Shown: one piece after another, positions 26,802-36,224 of the stretch
How the letters are laid out: every line of letters begins with the position of its first letter
How positions within the stretch are numbered: the stretch's first letter is position 1
Source of the DNA: Patescibacteria group bacterium
GTDB lineage: Bacteria > Patescibacteriota > Microgenomatia > UBA8517
DNA length: 64,000 nt
Assembly: GCA_038062915.1 (NCBI GenBank)
Contig: JBBTWD010000002.1
Span: 5,189-69,188, forward strand
Direction of reading: 5' to 3'
The notes under the pieces: model-generated
The model's database searches: none
Told to the model about the DNA's origin: nothing
What the model saw: the letters and a program-made list of their open reading frames with translations, nothing else
Program-made: the position numbers and the translations under genes

Positions 26802-27494
26802 TCAGTTAATAAATCTATATTTAATTAAAGTCCAGATGGCTTTAAAACCATCTTTCCATGTTATCTTCTTCCCCTCATCATAACCCCTGGGGTTTACTTT
26901 TATGGGAACTTCATAAATTTTATATCCGGCTTTTAAAATTTTTGCTGTGATTTCTGGTTCAAATTCAAATCTATTTGATTCTAACTTAATATTTTTTAGA
27001 ACATCTTTCCTAAAGACCTTATAACCTGTTTCCATATCTGTTAGATTATTGCTGTATAAAATTCTTGTTGCGAAACTTAATAGTTTATTTCCAAAATAAT
27101 GTGTCAAGAATGGCGTATGTTTCTTTCCAAAAATTTTAACAGGGTAATTTTTAAGTCTCGTTCCATAAACTATACTAGCTTCGCCGTTTAAAATTGGTTG
27201 AAGGAGCTTGAGGTAGTCATTTGGATCATATTCCAGATCAGCATCCTGAATGAGAATTATTTCTCCAACGGATTTCTTAATACCAGTTCTAACCGCTGCC
27301 CCCTTACCCAAGTTAACGTTGTGGCGCAAAAGCTTAATTCCCGATAGCTTACTTAAAATTTCAAAGCTATTATCACTTGATGCATCATCAATAACAACAA
27401 TTTCCTTTTGAATCTTTATTTTTTTAACTCTTCGGATAATTTCCTTTATGGTTGCTTCTTCGTTAAAAACGGGGATAACAATTGTTAATATCAC
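26802..27494 (-). CDS. GT2, polyprenol-phosphate sugar synthase (DPM1-like)
   Basis: IPVFNEE, DDASSD, NLGKGAAVRTG, IQDADLEYDP, LTDMETGYK, FEFEPEIT, EGKKITWKDG. Confidence 0.9.
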   Translation of the reverse strand: MILTIVIPVFNEEATIKEIIRRVKKIKIQKEIVVIDDASSDNSFEILSKLSGIKLLRHNVNLGKGAAVRTGIKKSVGEIILIQDADLEYDPNDYLKLLQPILNGEASIVYGTRLKNYPVKIFGKKHTPFLTHYFGNKLLSFATRILYSNNLTDMETGYKVFRKDVLKNIKLESNRFEFEPEITAKILKAGYKIYEVPIKVNPRGYDEGKKITWKDGFKAIWTLIKYRFIN

Positions 27495-28144
27495 TTTTTT
27501 TCTCCTATAACCAAAACAGACAATCCAAATGGTGGTCTGACAAATTTTTCAACAAACAAAAACAATTTTGCAATTTTATCAAAAAAATTTAGCTGTCCTT
27601 GGGAAATAATTCTTTTCTTTAAAACTTTTCCGTTTATGAACCAACCAAGTAGGCCTAACCAGTTTAAATGGCGAATAACCATTAGCGAATAACCATTAGC
27701 TATTAGTAAATCAGACACTGATTTTTTGGAATATCGCCGGAAGTGGCCAAGCTCTTTATCTATTTGTCCATATGCCCAATTATGTGCAGGGACTAGTAAA
27801 ATTAATTTGCCTCCAATATTTAACAGTTCATACATATTCTTAAGCGCTTTTTTATCATTCTTTATATGTTCCAGGACATTCATGCAAACAATTGTGTCAA
27901 AAGTTCTTTTACCAAAAAAATACTTTCCTTTTTCTATGTCGCCATAATTTGCGTTTTTGTAGCTAGAGTCATAATCGATCGCAGTAACTTTTCCATACTT
28001 ACTTAATTTTGAAGTAAAGTTCCCAATTCCGGCTCCTACTTCCAAAATTTCTCCCCTCAAATATGTTGATATTTGTTTTAAAAGCCAATTATTGTACCAA
28101 ACAGCGGAACTCATAATTTCAAGTGTTTTTTCTCCCGTTTCCAT
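27491..28144 (-). CDS. Class I SAM-dependent methyltransferase
   Basis: ILEVGAGIG, NVLEHI, LVPA, GHFRRY. Confidence 0.9.
   Translation of the reverse strand: METGEKTLEIMSSAVWYNNWLLKQISTYLRGEILEVGAGIGNFTSKLSKYGKVTAIDYDSSYKNANYGDIEKGKYFFGKRTFDTIVCMNVLEHIKNDKKALKNMYELLNIGGKLILLVPAHNWAYGQIDKELGHFRRYSKKSVSDLLIANGYSLMVIRHLNWLGLLGWFINGKVLKKRIISQGQLNFFDKIAKLFLFVEKFVRPPFGLSVLVIGEKK
27671..27705. repeat. 7-bp-period tandem repeat inside a CDS
   Basis: GCGAATA ACCATTA GCGAATA ACCATTA GCTATTA; contains an exact 14-bp duplication. Confidence 0.8.
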
Positions 28145-28174
28145 TTAAGTAACCTCTAGATTATACTAGATTCG

Positions 28175-29992
28175 ATGTGCGGCATCGCAGGTAAAATTCA
28201 ATTTGGAAATAAAGTTGTTGAAAAAAAGGATCTTTTATTGATGTCTCAAAAAATCATACATAGAGGTCCAGATGATGAGGGGTTATATGTATCAGACGAT
28301 AAAAAAGTGGGATTGGTTAATAGGAGACTTGCAATAATTGATCTATCTAAAAATGGACATATGCCGATGGTCTACAAAAATAAGTATGTAATTACATATA
28401 ATGGTGAGGTATATAACTTTCAAAGCGAAAGAAGGTTATTAGAAAAACAGGGATACAGGTTTAATTCTAATTCAGATACAGAAGTAATTCTTGCTCTTTA
28501 TGACAAATATGGAGTTTCATGTCTTGAGCATCTAAGGGGAATGTTTGCTTTTGCAATTTACGACAAAGTAAATAATAAAGTTTTTATAGCTCGGGACAGA
28601 CTGGGTAAAAAACCGGTAAAATATTACCTCTCCTCCGAAGTTTTTATTTTTGCTTCAGAGCTTAAAGCGATTCTTACACAAGATGAGGTTAAAAAAGAAC
28701 CTGATTACGAAGCCATTGGCAATTACCTAACTTTTGGATACGTTCCATCTCCCCTCACGGGATTTGTCGGAATAAAAAAACTTGAACCTGGTCATTATTT
28801 AATAATAGATCTTAAGAACCCAAAATTAAAAAAAGAAAAATATTGGAAACCTAACTTTTCAAAAAAGCTATCTCTATCAGAGAACGATTGGAAAGAAAAA
28901 ATTTTAACCACACTTGAGGAATCTACCAAGCTTCGTATGATTTCTGATGTTCCTATTGGTGTTTTTCTTTCAGGGGGAGTCGACTCAAGCGCCGTAACTG
29001 CCATGATGGCCAAAAATTCAAATACGCCTGTTAAAACTTTTACAATTGGGTTTAAAGAGAAATCACATGATGAAAGGGGGTATGCAAAAAAAATTTCAGA
29101 GATGTATCAAACAGACCACACGGAGTTCATGGTTGAACCAGAGTCTATTGAGATTTTGCCGAAATTAATCCGTCAGTTCGAAGAACCTTATGCCAATTCA
29201 AGCTTTATCATTTCTTACCTTGTAGCAAAAGCTGCGAGGCAAAAAGTGACTGTAATTTTAAATGGTGACGGAGGGGATGAAAATTTTGCTGGGTACGATT
29301 CAAGGATGGTTAGATTAAATAGAGATGTCAGTGCAGACAGATTTGGCCCCCTTCTTAATACAATCGGGCTACAACTTGCCAAACTTTTGGGTAAAAATCA
29401 AATAATTAAGTTTTTAGAAAAACGAAAAACCCCCTTAGCCGACAGATACTTGTCCTATAATTGCTACTTCGATGGAGATATTCAATCACACATTCTGGTT
29501 AGAAATAAATTTGATGAATCAGGTGCCTCTGATCTTCGGGATAGAGCTTTATATTATGACCTAACTCAATATTTCCCCGACGATCTTTTGGCAAAATCTG
29601 ATTTAAGCAATATGTTGGTTTCACTCGAAGGAAGATCCCCATTTGCTGACCATAAAATGGTTGAGCTTGCCTGTCAAATTCCTTTTGATTTAAAATATAA
29701 AAATGGGATTACAAAATATATTCTCAAAAAATCTCTTGAAGATATCGTTCCAAAAGAAAATATGTATAGGCAGAAGAAAGGGTTTTCAATTCCTCTCGGA
29801 AATTGGTTTTCAGGAAATCTTAAAAAATACGCCGAGGATAAATTATTAAAAAAGAACACTTTTGTATCAAAATTGATTGGAACTGAAAAAATTAAAGTTC
29901 TACTTGAATCTCATAGCAGTAAAAATGATATGGGGCTAAAACTTTGGAATTTACTGGCATTGCAGCTTTGGTTTGATGATTATTTTAATTAA
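28175..29992 (+). CDS. asnB: Asparagine synthase (glutamine-hydrolysing) family amidotransferase, probably amidating a glycan
   Basis: MCGIAG Ntn N-terminus, HRGPDD, RRLAIIDL, NGEVYN, RDRLGKKP, LSGGVDSS, GDGGDE, EGRSPF. Confidence 0.95.
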   Translation: MCGIAGKIQFGNKVVEKKDLLLMSQKIIHRGPDDEGLYVSDDKKVGLVNRRLAIIDLSKNGHMPMVYKNKYVITYNGEVYNFQSERRLLEKQGYRFNSNSDTEVILALYDKYGVSCLEHLRGMFAFAIYDKVNNKVFIARDRLGKKPVKYYLSSEVFIFASELKAILTQDEVKKEPDYEAIGNYLTFGYVPSPLTGFVGIKKLEPGHYLIIDLKNPKLKKEKYWKPNFSKKLSLSENDWKEKILTTLEESTKLRMISDVPIGVFLSGGVDSSAVTAMMAKNSNTPVKTFTIGFKEKSHDERGYAKKISEMYQTDHTEFMVEPESIEILPKLIRQFEEPYANSSFIISYLVAKAARQKVTVILNGDGGDENFAGYDSRMVRLNRDVSADRFGPLLNTIGLQLAKLLGKNQIIKFLEKRKTPLADRYLSYNCYFDGDIQSHILVRNKFDESGASDLRDRALYYDLTQYFPDDLLAKSDLSNMLVSLEGRSPFADHKMVELACQIPFDLKYKNGITKYILKKSLEDIVPKENMYRQKKGFSIPLGNWFSGNLKKYAEDKLLKKNTFVSKLIGTEKIKVLLESHSSKNDMGLKLWNLLALQLWFDDYFN

Positions 29993-30837
29993 TATCCAGA
30001 TTTGCTTACTCTAAGCAATTTACGTTTAATTAATTTAAGTGGCGTCTCAATACTCGCCCTAGCCATATAAATACAACCTCTCCTTAACCATGGATTGCTA
30101 ACAATGTCCGGTTTTTCCCTAAAAAAAACCTCTGGATAGTAAAAATCGAGTGGAAATGATTTTCCCAATTCATATTTATACTTCAAATTTCGCTTCGGAA
30201 CATCAAAATCAAAATTTTTAGTAGATCTAGAAAGATTAGTAAAATGTAGATAAGAAGGTTTATTAATAAATTCTCTTCTTGCCTGCTCCATGTTTTGAAT
30301 CAAAACATTGTCCTTGTTGAAAAAACCCTGTTGACCGTGAGGTTTTGCAACGTTCAAACCATCAATTTTTCGATTGACCGCACGAGTATTAAAAAATCCT
30401 ATCTTACTATCAATCATGTACATACCTGCGGTTTCATCTTGAAAGTGATAAATATCTCCAATAAGATTTGTGTATTTATTGACAATCGTGTCCAAACCAT
30501 CTCCTTTAGCCTTAATGACAGAGACTAAATGGCGAATGCTATCCTGCCACCAAACTTCATCGCCATCAACTAGAATAAACCAATCAGTTTGGGTTTCTTC
30601 AAGCATTTTTTGTCTAACCAAAGTAAACTCATTCATATCAACTTTTCCTACTTCTTTAAAGTAAACCTTACCTGGCCTTGATTTTTCAATCTCCTTAATA
30701 ATTCCAATGGTTTTGTCGGTACTTCCAGTATCCCAAATAAAAATCTTGTCTACAAAATCGATTACACTCATAACACTAAACCATAAATATTTTTCTTCGT
30801 TTTGAACTAGTGTGTGAATTGTTATTGATTTGCTCAT
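29989..30837 (-). CDS. GT2 glycosyltransferase
   Basis: HTLVQNEE, WDTGSTDKT, WFILVDGDE; ATGA-coupled start at 30837. Confidence 0.85.
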   Translation of the reverse strand: MSKSITIHTLVQNEEKYLWFSVMSVIDFVDKIFIWDTGSTDKTIGIIKEIEKSRPGKVYFKEVGKVDMNEFTLVRQKMLEETQTDWFILVDGDEVWWQDSIRHLVSVIKAKGDGLDTIVNKYTNLIGDIYHFQDETAGMYMIDSKIGFFNTRAVNRKIDGLNVAKPHGQQGFFNKDNVLIQNMEQARREFINKPSYLHFTNLSRSTKNFDFDVPKRNLKYKYELGKSFPLDFYYPEVFFREKPDIVSNPWLRRGCIYMARASIETPLKLIKRKLLRVSKSGY

Positions 30838-32087
30838 TTTTTGGATAGTTTGAAGAAATACCAAATTGAAGATAGCGCTATAAATATTTGTCCAATTAAG
30901 ACAACCAAGCTTGTTCCCACGATTGAATATCGAGGAATAAAAATTATGCTGGTAACTAATATTATCACCATGTGAGCTATTCCCATGTAAAAGAAAAATT
31001 GAGGCTTGCTAAAATAAAATATTACACTGTCTCTGAATGGGGCGGTAGAAAAAAATATTGCCATTGCAACAACAAGGATTAGAAATGGCATAGTTGCGCT
31101 GTCAAAGTCACTCCCCGCAAACTTGAAAACAAAATGACCAATTATTACTAATGCTATTGAGCTGACTGTCGCAAGTCCCGATGTAAACAAAACGGATTTT
31201 ATGGTGTAGGCTAAATTCTTTTTGTTTGTGCTAAGTGAGGCAAATTTTGGTGCAGTAACCGCACCGATCGCTATCATTAACTGGGGAATGATTTGAGAGA
31301 TTTGGAGTGCCAGTCCATAAACTCCAAGTGAAGATAAGCTTAAATATCTTGCAGTAAAATACAACTCAATTCGAGACCCAATTGTTGAAACAATTACAAA
31401 AGCGGTTACCCATTTATTAAAACTAAAAAGATCGGGTAAATAAGCAAGAACTCCTTTTGAAAACAAAAATCTTTTACCCAAAAATATAAATGAAAACAAA
31501 AATCCTAAAAAGGGCAATACTAAATATATTACTGCCGCGGAGTAAGCACCAAGCGACTGAAACTTAAAAAGGAGAAGAATCATTAAAAGTCTTATCAGAT
31601 TTGTTCCAATAAAAAGTCCGCTCCATAAAAAATATTTTTCAAGAGACTGCGAAAGGGAGGTTGAAAAAGAGAAAAGAATTTGAGCCAAAACTCCAACGCC
31701 AATTAAAACAATAATCGAGGTTAACTCTGGTTTTTGTAAAACTAGCGATGAAATACTACCAGAGAAAATAAAAATTAACAAAAAAATAGTTAACCCTGAA
31801 ATAAATTTAATACCCAATGAAAGCTTAATAAGTTTATTTTGAATGTCAGGATTGTCTTTATATTTTGGGATAAATCTTACAATCCCTTGATCGCTTCCTA
31901 AATCTACAATCCCGGTCAGAAGTGCTATCGAAGTTGTAAAAATTGTAAATACACCAAACTCCGATGAACCTAAGAATTTAGCTAAAAGAAAATAAAAAAT
32001 AGCACCCAAAGCTCCATTAATCATCGTGCTAATCAGGGTAATTGAAGAGTTGCGAAAAGTACTAGTTAGGAAAATTTCTTTGAACAT
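30834..32087 (-). CDS. wzx: Wzx/MOP-family polysaccharide flippase
   Basis: About 12 TM helices, LAKFLGSSEFG, DLG, LGVYGLA, IIFIPRYSIVG. Confidence 0.85.
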   Translation of the reverse strand: MFKEIFLTSTFRNSSITLISTMINGALGAIFYFLLAKFLGSSEFGVFTIFTTSIALLTGIVDLGSDQGIVRFIPKYKDNPDIQNKLIKLSLGIKFISGLTIFLLIFIFSGSISSLVLQKPELTSIIVLIGVGVLAQILFSFSTSLSQSLEKYFLWSGLFIGTNLIRLLMILLLFKFQSLGAYSAAVIYLVLPFLGFLFSFIFLGKRFLFSKGVLAYLPDLFSFNKWVTAFVIVSTIGSRIELYFTARYLSLSSLGVYGLALQISQIIPQLMIAIGAVTAPKFASLSTNKKNLAYTIKSVLFTSGLATVSSIALVIIGHFVFKFAGSDFDSATMPFLILVVAMAIFFSTAPFRDSVIFYFSKPQFFFYMGIAHMVIILVTSIIFIPRYSIVGTSLVVLIGQIFIALSSIWYFFKLSKK

Positions 32088-34777
32088 ACTAAAAATATTA
32101 TACAAGAAGTTAGTGTGGTAAGGCTTACAATTAACCCCGGAACAATATACTTCTGTGGGGCAAAGTAAAGATCGTATTCACCATCACCATCAATCCAAAA
32201 CCCATTAATCAAACTATATAGGCTATACCCTTTGTTGGAATTTAGTTCCCAGCCACTATCAAATATATCTGAAAAGAATAATGTGGTAGGACTTTTTAAT
32301 CCTTCAATTTTAATTTTGTAATGTGTAGGCGCAAGCGTCTCATAAATTACTTTGGCCTTGTTTTCACCTTTAAATAAGTCCGCACTAAACTTTATGATTT
32401 TTCCTTCGCTTTCTAGGCTTTTCACTTTTTGAATTAGTTCTTTTTCTTCTTTCAAAGAAAGTGTTACCAGAGAATTGACTATATTTATATCGCCTTTAGT
32501 TTTAATATCTAAATTGAAATCTTTCAAAACTTCGCCTATTCTTATCCAGTGAAAATCTGCTTTATCATAAATTGCTTTTTTTAATTTAATCTCTATCTTT
32601 TCAGGTTCCTTAATTTTAGTGTTAGCTTCCCCTATTTTCGTTTTTTCTTGCCAAAACTCAACTGTTTCCCCCCTACTACTTTCCATTACCCTTGCATACA
32701 GTACGCCGCCTTTCCTTAATTCGGGATTCATAATTCTTAATTCTAGGTTTCCCTCCGCAATAGCCCAACCACTTCCGTAATCAAAATCTAAATTATCAAT
32801 CCCATACTTCCCTTGCAAAAAATTCCGCAACCAAACCAGGTCAACCGCTTCCCTCTTCCACCAGCCTTCGCCAAAGCTTCGGCTGGCAGGCCATTCCGTT
32901 TGATTGGGGCTAAAATCCAAATCAGCACTTGGGGAAATAAATTTATCTTTATCAACCAAGGAAATGGCTAAATCGGTTAAGTTTTTATCGTATAAAATTA
33001 TCTTTGCGTCAAACAGATCATAGGTTCCAGATTTTTCTTCGATAAATATTAAGGCATTATTAGAAAATTTGGCTCCAAAATTTTTGATTTCTTGATAAAT
33101 CCTATCTGATCCAAGTATAAAATATGTGTTTTGGGAAAGGAAAAATTTGTCTTTATTTTCTTTTGTTTTAAATACTGGAACCGGAAAATCTGAAACCTTT
33201 CCTAAAATCCAAGGAAGGGTACTAATTTGATCATGAAAAGTATTGTAATAATCTACTTTCTCTTTACCCATGTCGTCGCGTTTTGGATCAAAATATGGAT
33301 AAGCTATATATTTTATACCTGATATATCAAACAACTCACCCATATAATTCCCTTCTCTTATAAAATTCTGTGTCTCATAGTTGCCGACCGTGCTAACTGC
33401 AAAGGGTCGAAGTGATTGCAGCCGACTTGCTTCAAGTGATGGGTGAAGGGGTGAGGCGTATCCCAACGGAGGTCTAGATGGGATCCAAAAAATTCGTCCG
33501 AAACTCTTATCATTTTCGAATATGGTAGTAAGTGTAGAATACCCACTTTCATATCGGGGAGTCGAAAATGTACCAGTCATTTTTCCTAAATAAACTGGTC
33601 GGATTAAATATAAAAAATATAATACAACTAAAAGCGGAAAAACCACCTTAAGTTTTAAATATTTTTTTGTTATTACGTCAACAGTAAATGCGATCAAAAC
33701 AGAGTAGGAAAGAGCAATTAAAAAGAAAAACTTAGTCGAATCTCTAAACAGAGAAAATCCAGGAATATTAGTAAATAGCCAAGTATAGGTACCTGCCAGT
33801 GGTGAATTTGCCCCTTTTGCTAAAAAAACAGAAATAAGTGCAACTACAGCCCAAAACCAAACTTCTTTAATCTTCCATCTTAAAACTGGGGCTAAAAATG
33901 CAAGAATTGGAATTAAAAGAAACTCCTTCCTGAATGGTGGGATTTTCCCAAATATATTTTCGTGCCAGTGGGGCTGGAGTAAGGTTAAAGAATGTTTAAG
34001 CTGTGTAAAATTTAAGTCTGAAGTTTTTGTAAGATCTGAAAATCTGGCACTTGAAAGTGGGTATTTAATAAACGGAGCTATCCAGTAAATGTTAAGGGCG
34101 ATAAAAATGATCGCTACGATGAATCCACTCTTTATCCACTCAAAATTCCATCCAAAAAAAATAAACCTTAATATTAATAAAATTGCCAAAATATATACAA
34201 ACCTAATATCTAAAATTCCCAAAACCCACATAGCAAGGCCAGAATATATTTTATATTTAAACTCACTTTTAATTGAATTTAAAAAAAGTAAATATGCTGT
34301 AGGAAACCATGCATAAGCTAATCCTATACCCAGTTGACCTCCATCAATTAAAAGTAGTATGTAAGTATTTGATAAATAAAAAAATACCGCTACAAACCTC
34401 CCTACTTGAGATAATTTTAATTTCTTAAGCAAGTTCCAAATGCTATATATACCCACTAAAAGTGTGGGGATAATAAACATTAACCGCTCTAAAATTTCAA
34501 ATGTAAACCCAAAATTGGTAAATATCCCTGCAGTAAAATCCATTAGCCACGACCAAAGCGTGAAAACTGAATAGCCACCGAAGCCTATTGAGCCTCTTAA
34601 AAACCAAAGCTGTGGAATATTAAGTTGGATTTTTAAATCAGGTGAAGAAACATTAGGAAAATCGGTAGCTACCCTGGGGCCAGATGGCCACCATTTCCAA
34701 TAAACCACCGCAAGTAAAATAATTAGCAAAATTAAATATTTACGCTCTTTGAGCCATGTGTATAATTGATTAATCAT
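32066..34777 (-). CDS. Large GT-C membrane glycosyltransferase (AftD/DUF3367- or YfhO-like) with extracytoplasmic domains
   Basis: ATDFP loop, FYLSNTY, FLAKG..P..LF..IPGFSLFRDSTKF; YfhO-like C-terminus (FSDIFDSGW, LINGFWI) and terminal TM. Confidence 0.72.
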   Translation of the reverse strand: MINQLYTWLKERKYLILLIILLAVVYWKWWPSGPRVATDFPNVSSPDLKIQLNIPQLWFLRGSIGFGGYSVFTLWSWLMDFTAGIFTNFGFTFEILERLMFIIPTLLVGIYSIWNLLKKLKLSQVGRFVAVFFYLSNTYILLLIDGGQLGIGLAYAWFPTAYLLFLNSIKSEFKYKIYSGLAMWVLGILDIRFVYILAILLILRFIFFGWNFEWIKSGFIVAIIFIALNIYWIAPFIKYPLSSARFSDLTKTSDLNFTQLKHSLTLLQPHWHENIFGKIPPFRKEFLLIPILAFLAPVLRWKIKEVWFWAVVALISVFLAKGANSPLAGTYTWLFTNIPGFSLFRDSTKFFFLIALSYSVLIAFTVDVITKKYLKLKVVFPLLVVLYFLYLIRPVYLGKMTGTFSTPRYESGYSTLTTIFENDKSFGRIFWIPSRPPLGYASPLHPSLEASRLQSLRPFAVSTVGNYETQNFIREGNYMGELFDISGIKYIAYPYFDPKRDDMGKEKVDYYNTFHDQISTLPWILGKVSDFPVPVFKTKENKDKFFLSQNTYFILGSDRIYQEIKNFGAKFSNNALIFIEEKSGTYDLFDAKIILYDKNLTDLAISLVDKDKFISPSADLDFSPNQTEWPASRSFGEGWWKREAVDLVWLRNFLQGKYGIDNLDFDYGSGWAIAEGNLELRIMNPELRKGGVLYARVMESSRGETVEFWQEKTKIGEANTKIKEPEKIEIKLKKAIYDKADFHWIRIGEVLKDFNLDIKTKGDINIVNSLVTLSLKEEKELIQKVKSLESEGKIIKFSADLFKGENKAKVIYETLAPTHYKIKIEGLKSPTTLFFSDIFDSGWELNSNKGYSLYSLINGFWIDGDGEYDLYFAPQKYIVPGLIVSLTTLTSCIIFLVCSKKFS
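32716..32743. repeat. 7-bp-period tandem repeat inside a CDS
   Basis: TTAATTC GGGATTC ATAATTC TTAATTC, translated as ELRIMNPEL. Confidence 0.7.
32861..32890. repeat. GC-rich mini-hairpin element in frame within a CDS
   Basis: CCAGCC-TTCGCCAAAGCTTC-GGCTGG-CAGG, translated as PASRSFGEGW; strong GC spike in an AT-rich gene. Confidence 0.75.
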
Positions 34778-34778
34778 C

Positions 34779-36224
34779 GTGTTTAAAAAATATTTTCCTT
34801 TTATCCTTATTTATTCGATTGTAATTTTTTTGTACTATCCGGTCCTTTTTACATACTTCTCTCATGATGATTTTTTCCACTTTAAAGTTAGTATAACAGA
34901 CAGAGGTCTCGGGGAAATTATTAAGCTATTTGAGTTTTACCCATTTGACTCACGGGGGATTGCCTTTTATAGGCCGATATTTAGAGAGTTTTTGTATAAT
35001 AATTTTTATTATTTATTTGGGCTTAATCCACTACCTTTCAGGGTCTTTCAGTTTCTTATCCATTTCGTAAATATTTATCTTGTCTTTAGATTGGTACAAA
35101 AAATATACAAGAACAAAATTGTTTCATTTTTCACCTCTTTTTTCTTCGGGATTTGTACAGCAAATGTCGCTTCATTTTATTACTTGGCAGGGGGGATTCA
35201 AGTCCAAGGAGCTACGATGTTTATATTATCAACACTTATCTTGTTTGAAAAATATCCGGTTCTTTCGTTTATAACTTTCCTAGGAGCAATTTCCTCACAT
35301 GAGCTAGCTGCAACAGTCCCCATTCTCCTAATCGGCTTAATACTAATTAAGCATAAATTTAAAGATGGTTTAAAACAGATATGGATTCTTTGGCCCTATT
35401 TCATAGTTGTAGGAATTTATCTCTACATCAACCTAAAAATTATTGGTTATTCTACGAGTGAAACCCAATATAGTCCTGTCTTAAATCCAAAGACGACTAT
35501 TAACACTTTAGCCTGGTATGGTGGATGGGCGCTGGGGCTCCCTGAAACGCTTATAGACTTCGTTGGTCCCGGATTTAAATTAAATCCCAGTTTAATGAGA
35601 TTTTGGGGAAACTATTATAAAATAATTTTTCCTTCTTTTTTTGCCTCCGCTACCTTGATTGTTTTCTATTTAATTCAATCAGCACTATCGAAAAGTAGAA
35701 TATTTAAAGACAAACGATTTTGGTTTTTTATAATTTGGTTCCTGATAATTTTACTCCCCGTATTATTCCTTCCACAACATAAGTCAACATATTATTTATA
35801 TCCAGCATTACCGGCATTCTGGGCAGTACTAGGGATAATATCGTATAAAATGTCAAGGATATTGTTTGTAATTCTGGTTATATCTTTAGTTAGCTTATCT
35901 ACATCATCTGCAATTTTAGGCAGATCAACTTATTGGGCTTCTAGTCGGGGGAAACTGGCAGAAAAAATCATTAACAGCGTGAAGTTAAAATATCCTACTC
36001 TACCGGTAGGCTCGGGGGTTTACTTCATAAATGACTCAACATATCCATTCGTAGCCCAAGATTGGAAAGGCACATCCAAGCAGGCGTCATATGCGCTTAA
36101 CGGCGAAGACGGATTACAGCTTGTTTATAAGGATAAATTATTGAGGGTGTTTTATGAGGACAGTGGCGGAATACCTGACGAGTTTCCAATAGATAAAATA
36201 AAACCCATCGTTGCCATATATTAG
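34779..36224 (+). CDS. GT-C fold membrane glycosyltransferase-like protein
   Basis: FSHDDF acidic loop motif, FYRP, FGLNPLPF, SHE, many TM helices. Confidence 0.75.
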   Translation: MFKKYFPFILIYSIVIFLYYPVLFTYFSHDDFFHFKVSITDRGLGEIIKLFEFYPFDSRGIAFYRPIFREFLYNNFYYLFGLNPLPFRVFQFLIHFVNIYLVFRLVQKIYKNKIVSFFTSFFFGICTANVASFYYLAGGIQVQGATMFILSTLILFEKYPVLSFITFLGAISSHELAATVPILLIGLILIKHKFKDGLKQIWILWPYFIVVGIYLYINLKIIGYSTSETQYSPVLNPKTTINTLAWYGGWALGLPETLIDFVGPGFKLNPSLMRFWGNYYKIIFPSFFASATLIVFYLIQSALSKSRIFKDKRFWFFIIWFLIILLPVLFLPQHKSTYYLYPALPAFWAVLGIISYKMSRILFVILVISLVSLSTSSAILGRSTYWASSRGKLAEKIINSVKLKYPTLPVGSGVYFINDSTYPFVAQDWKGTSKQASYALNGEDGLQLVYKDKLLRVFYEDSGGIPDEFPIDKIKPIVAIY

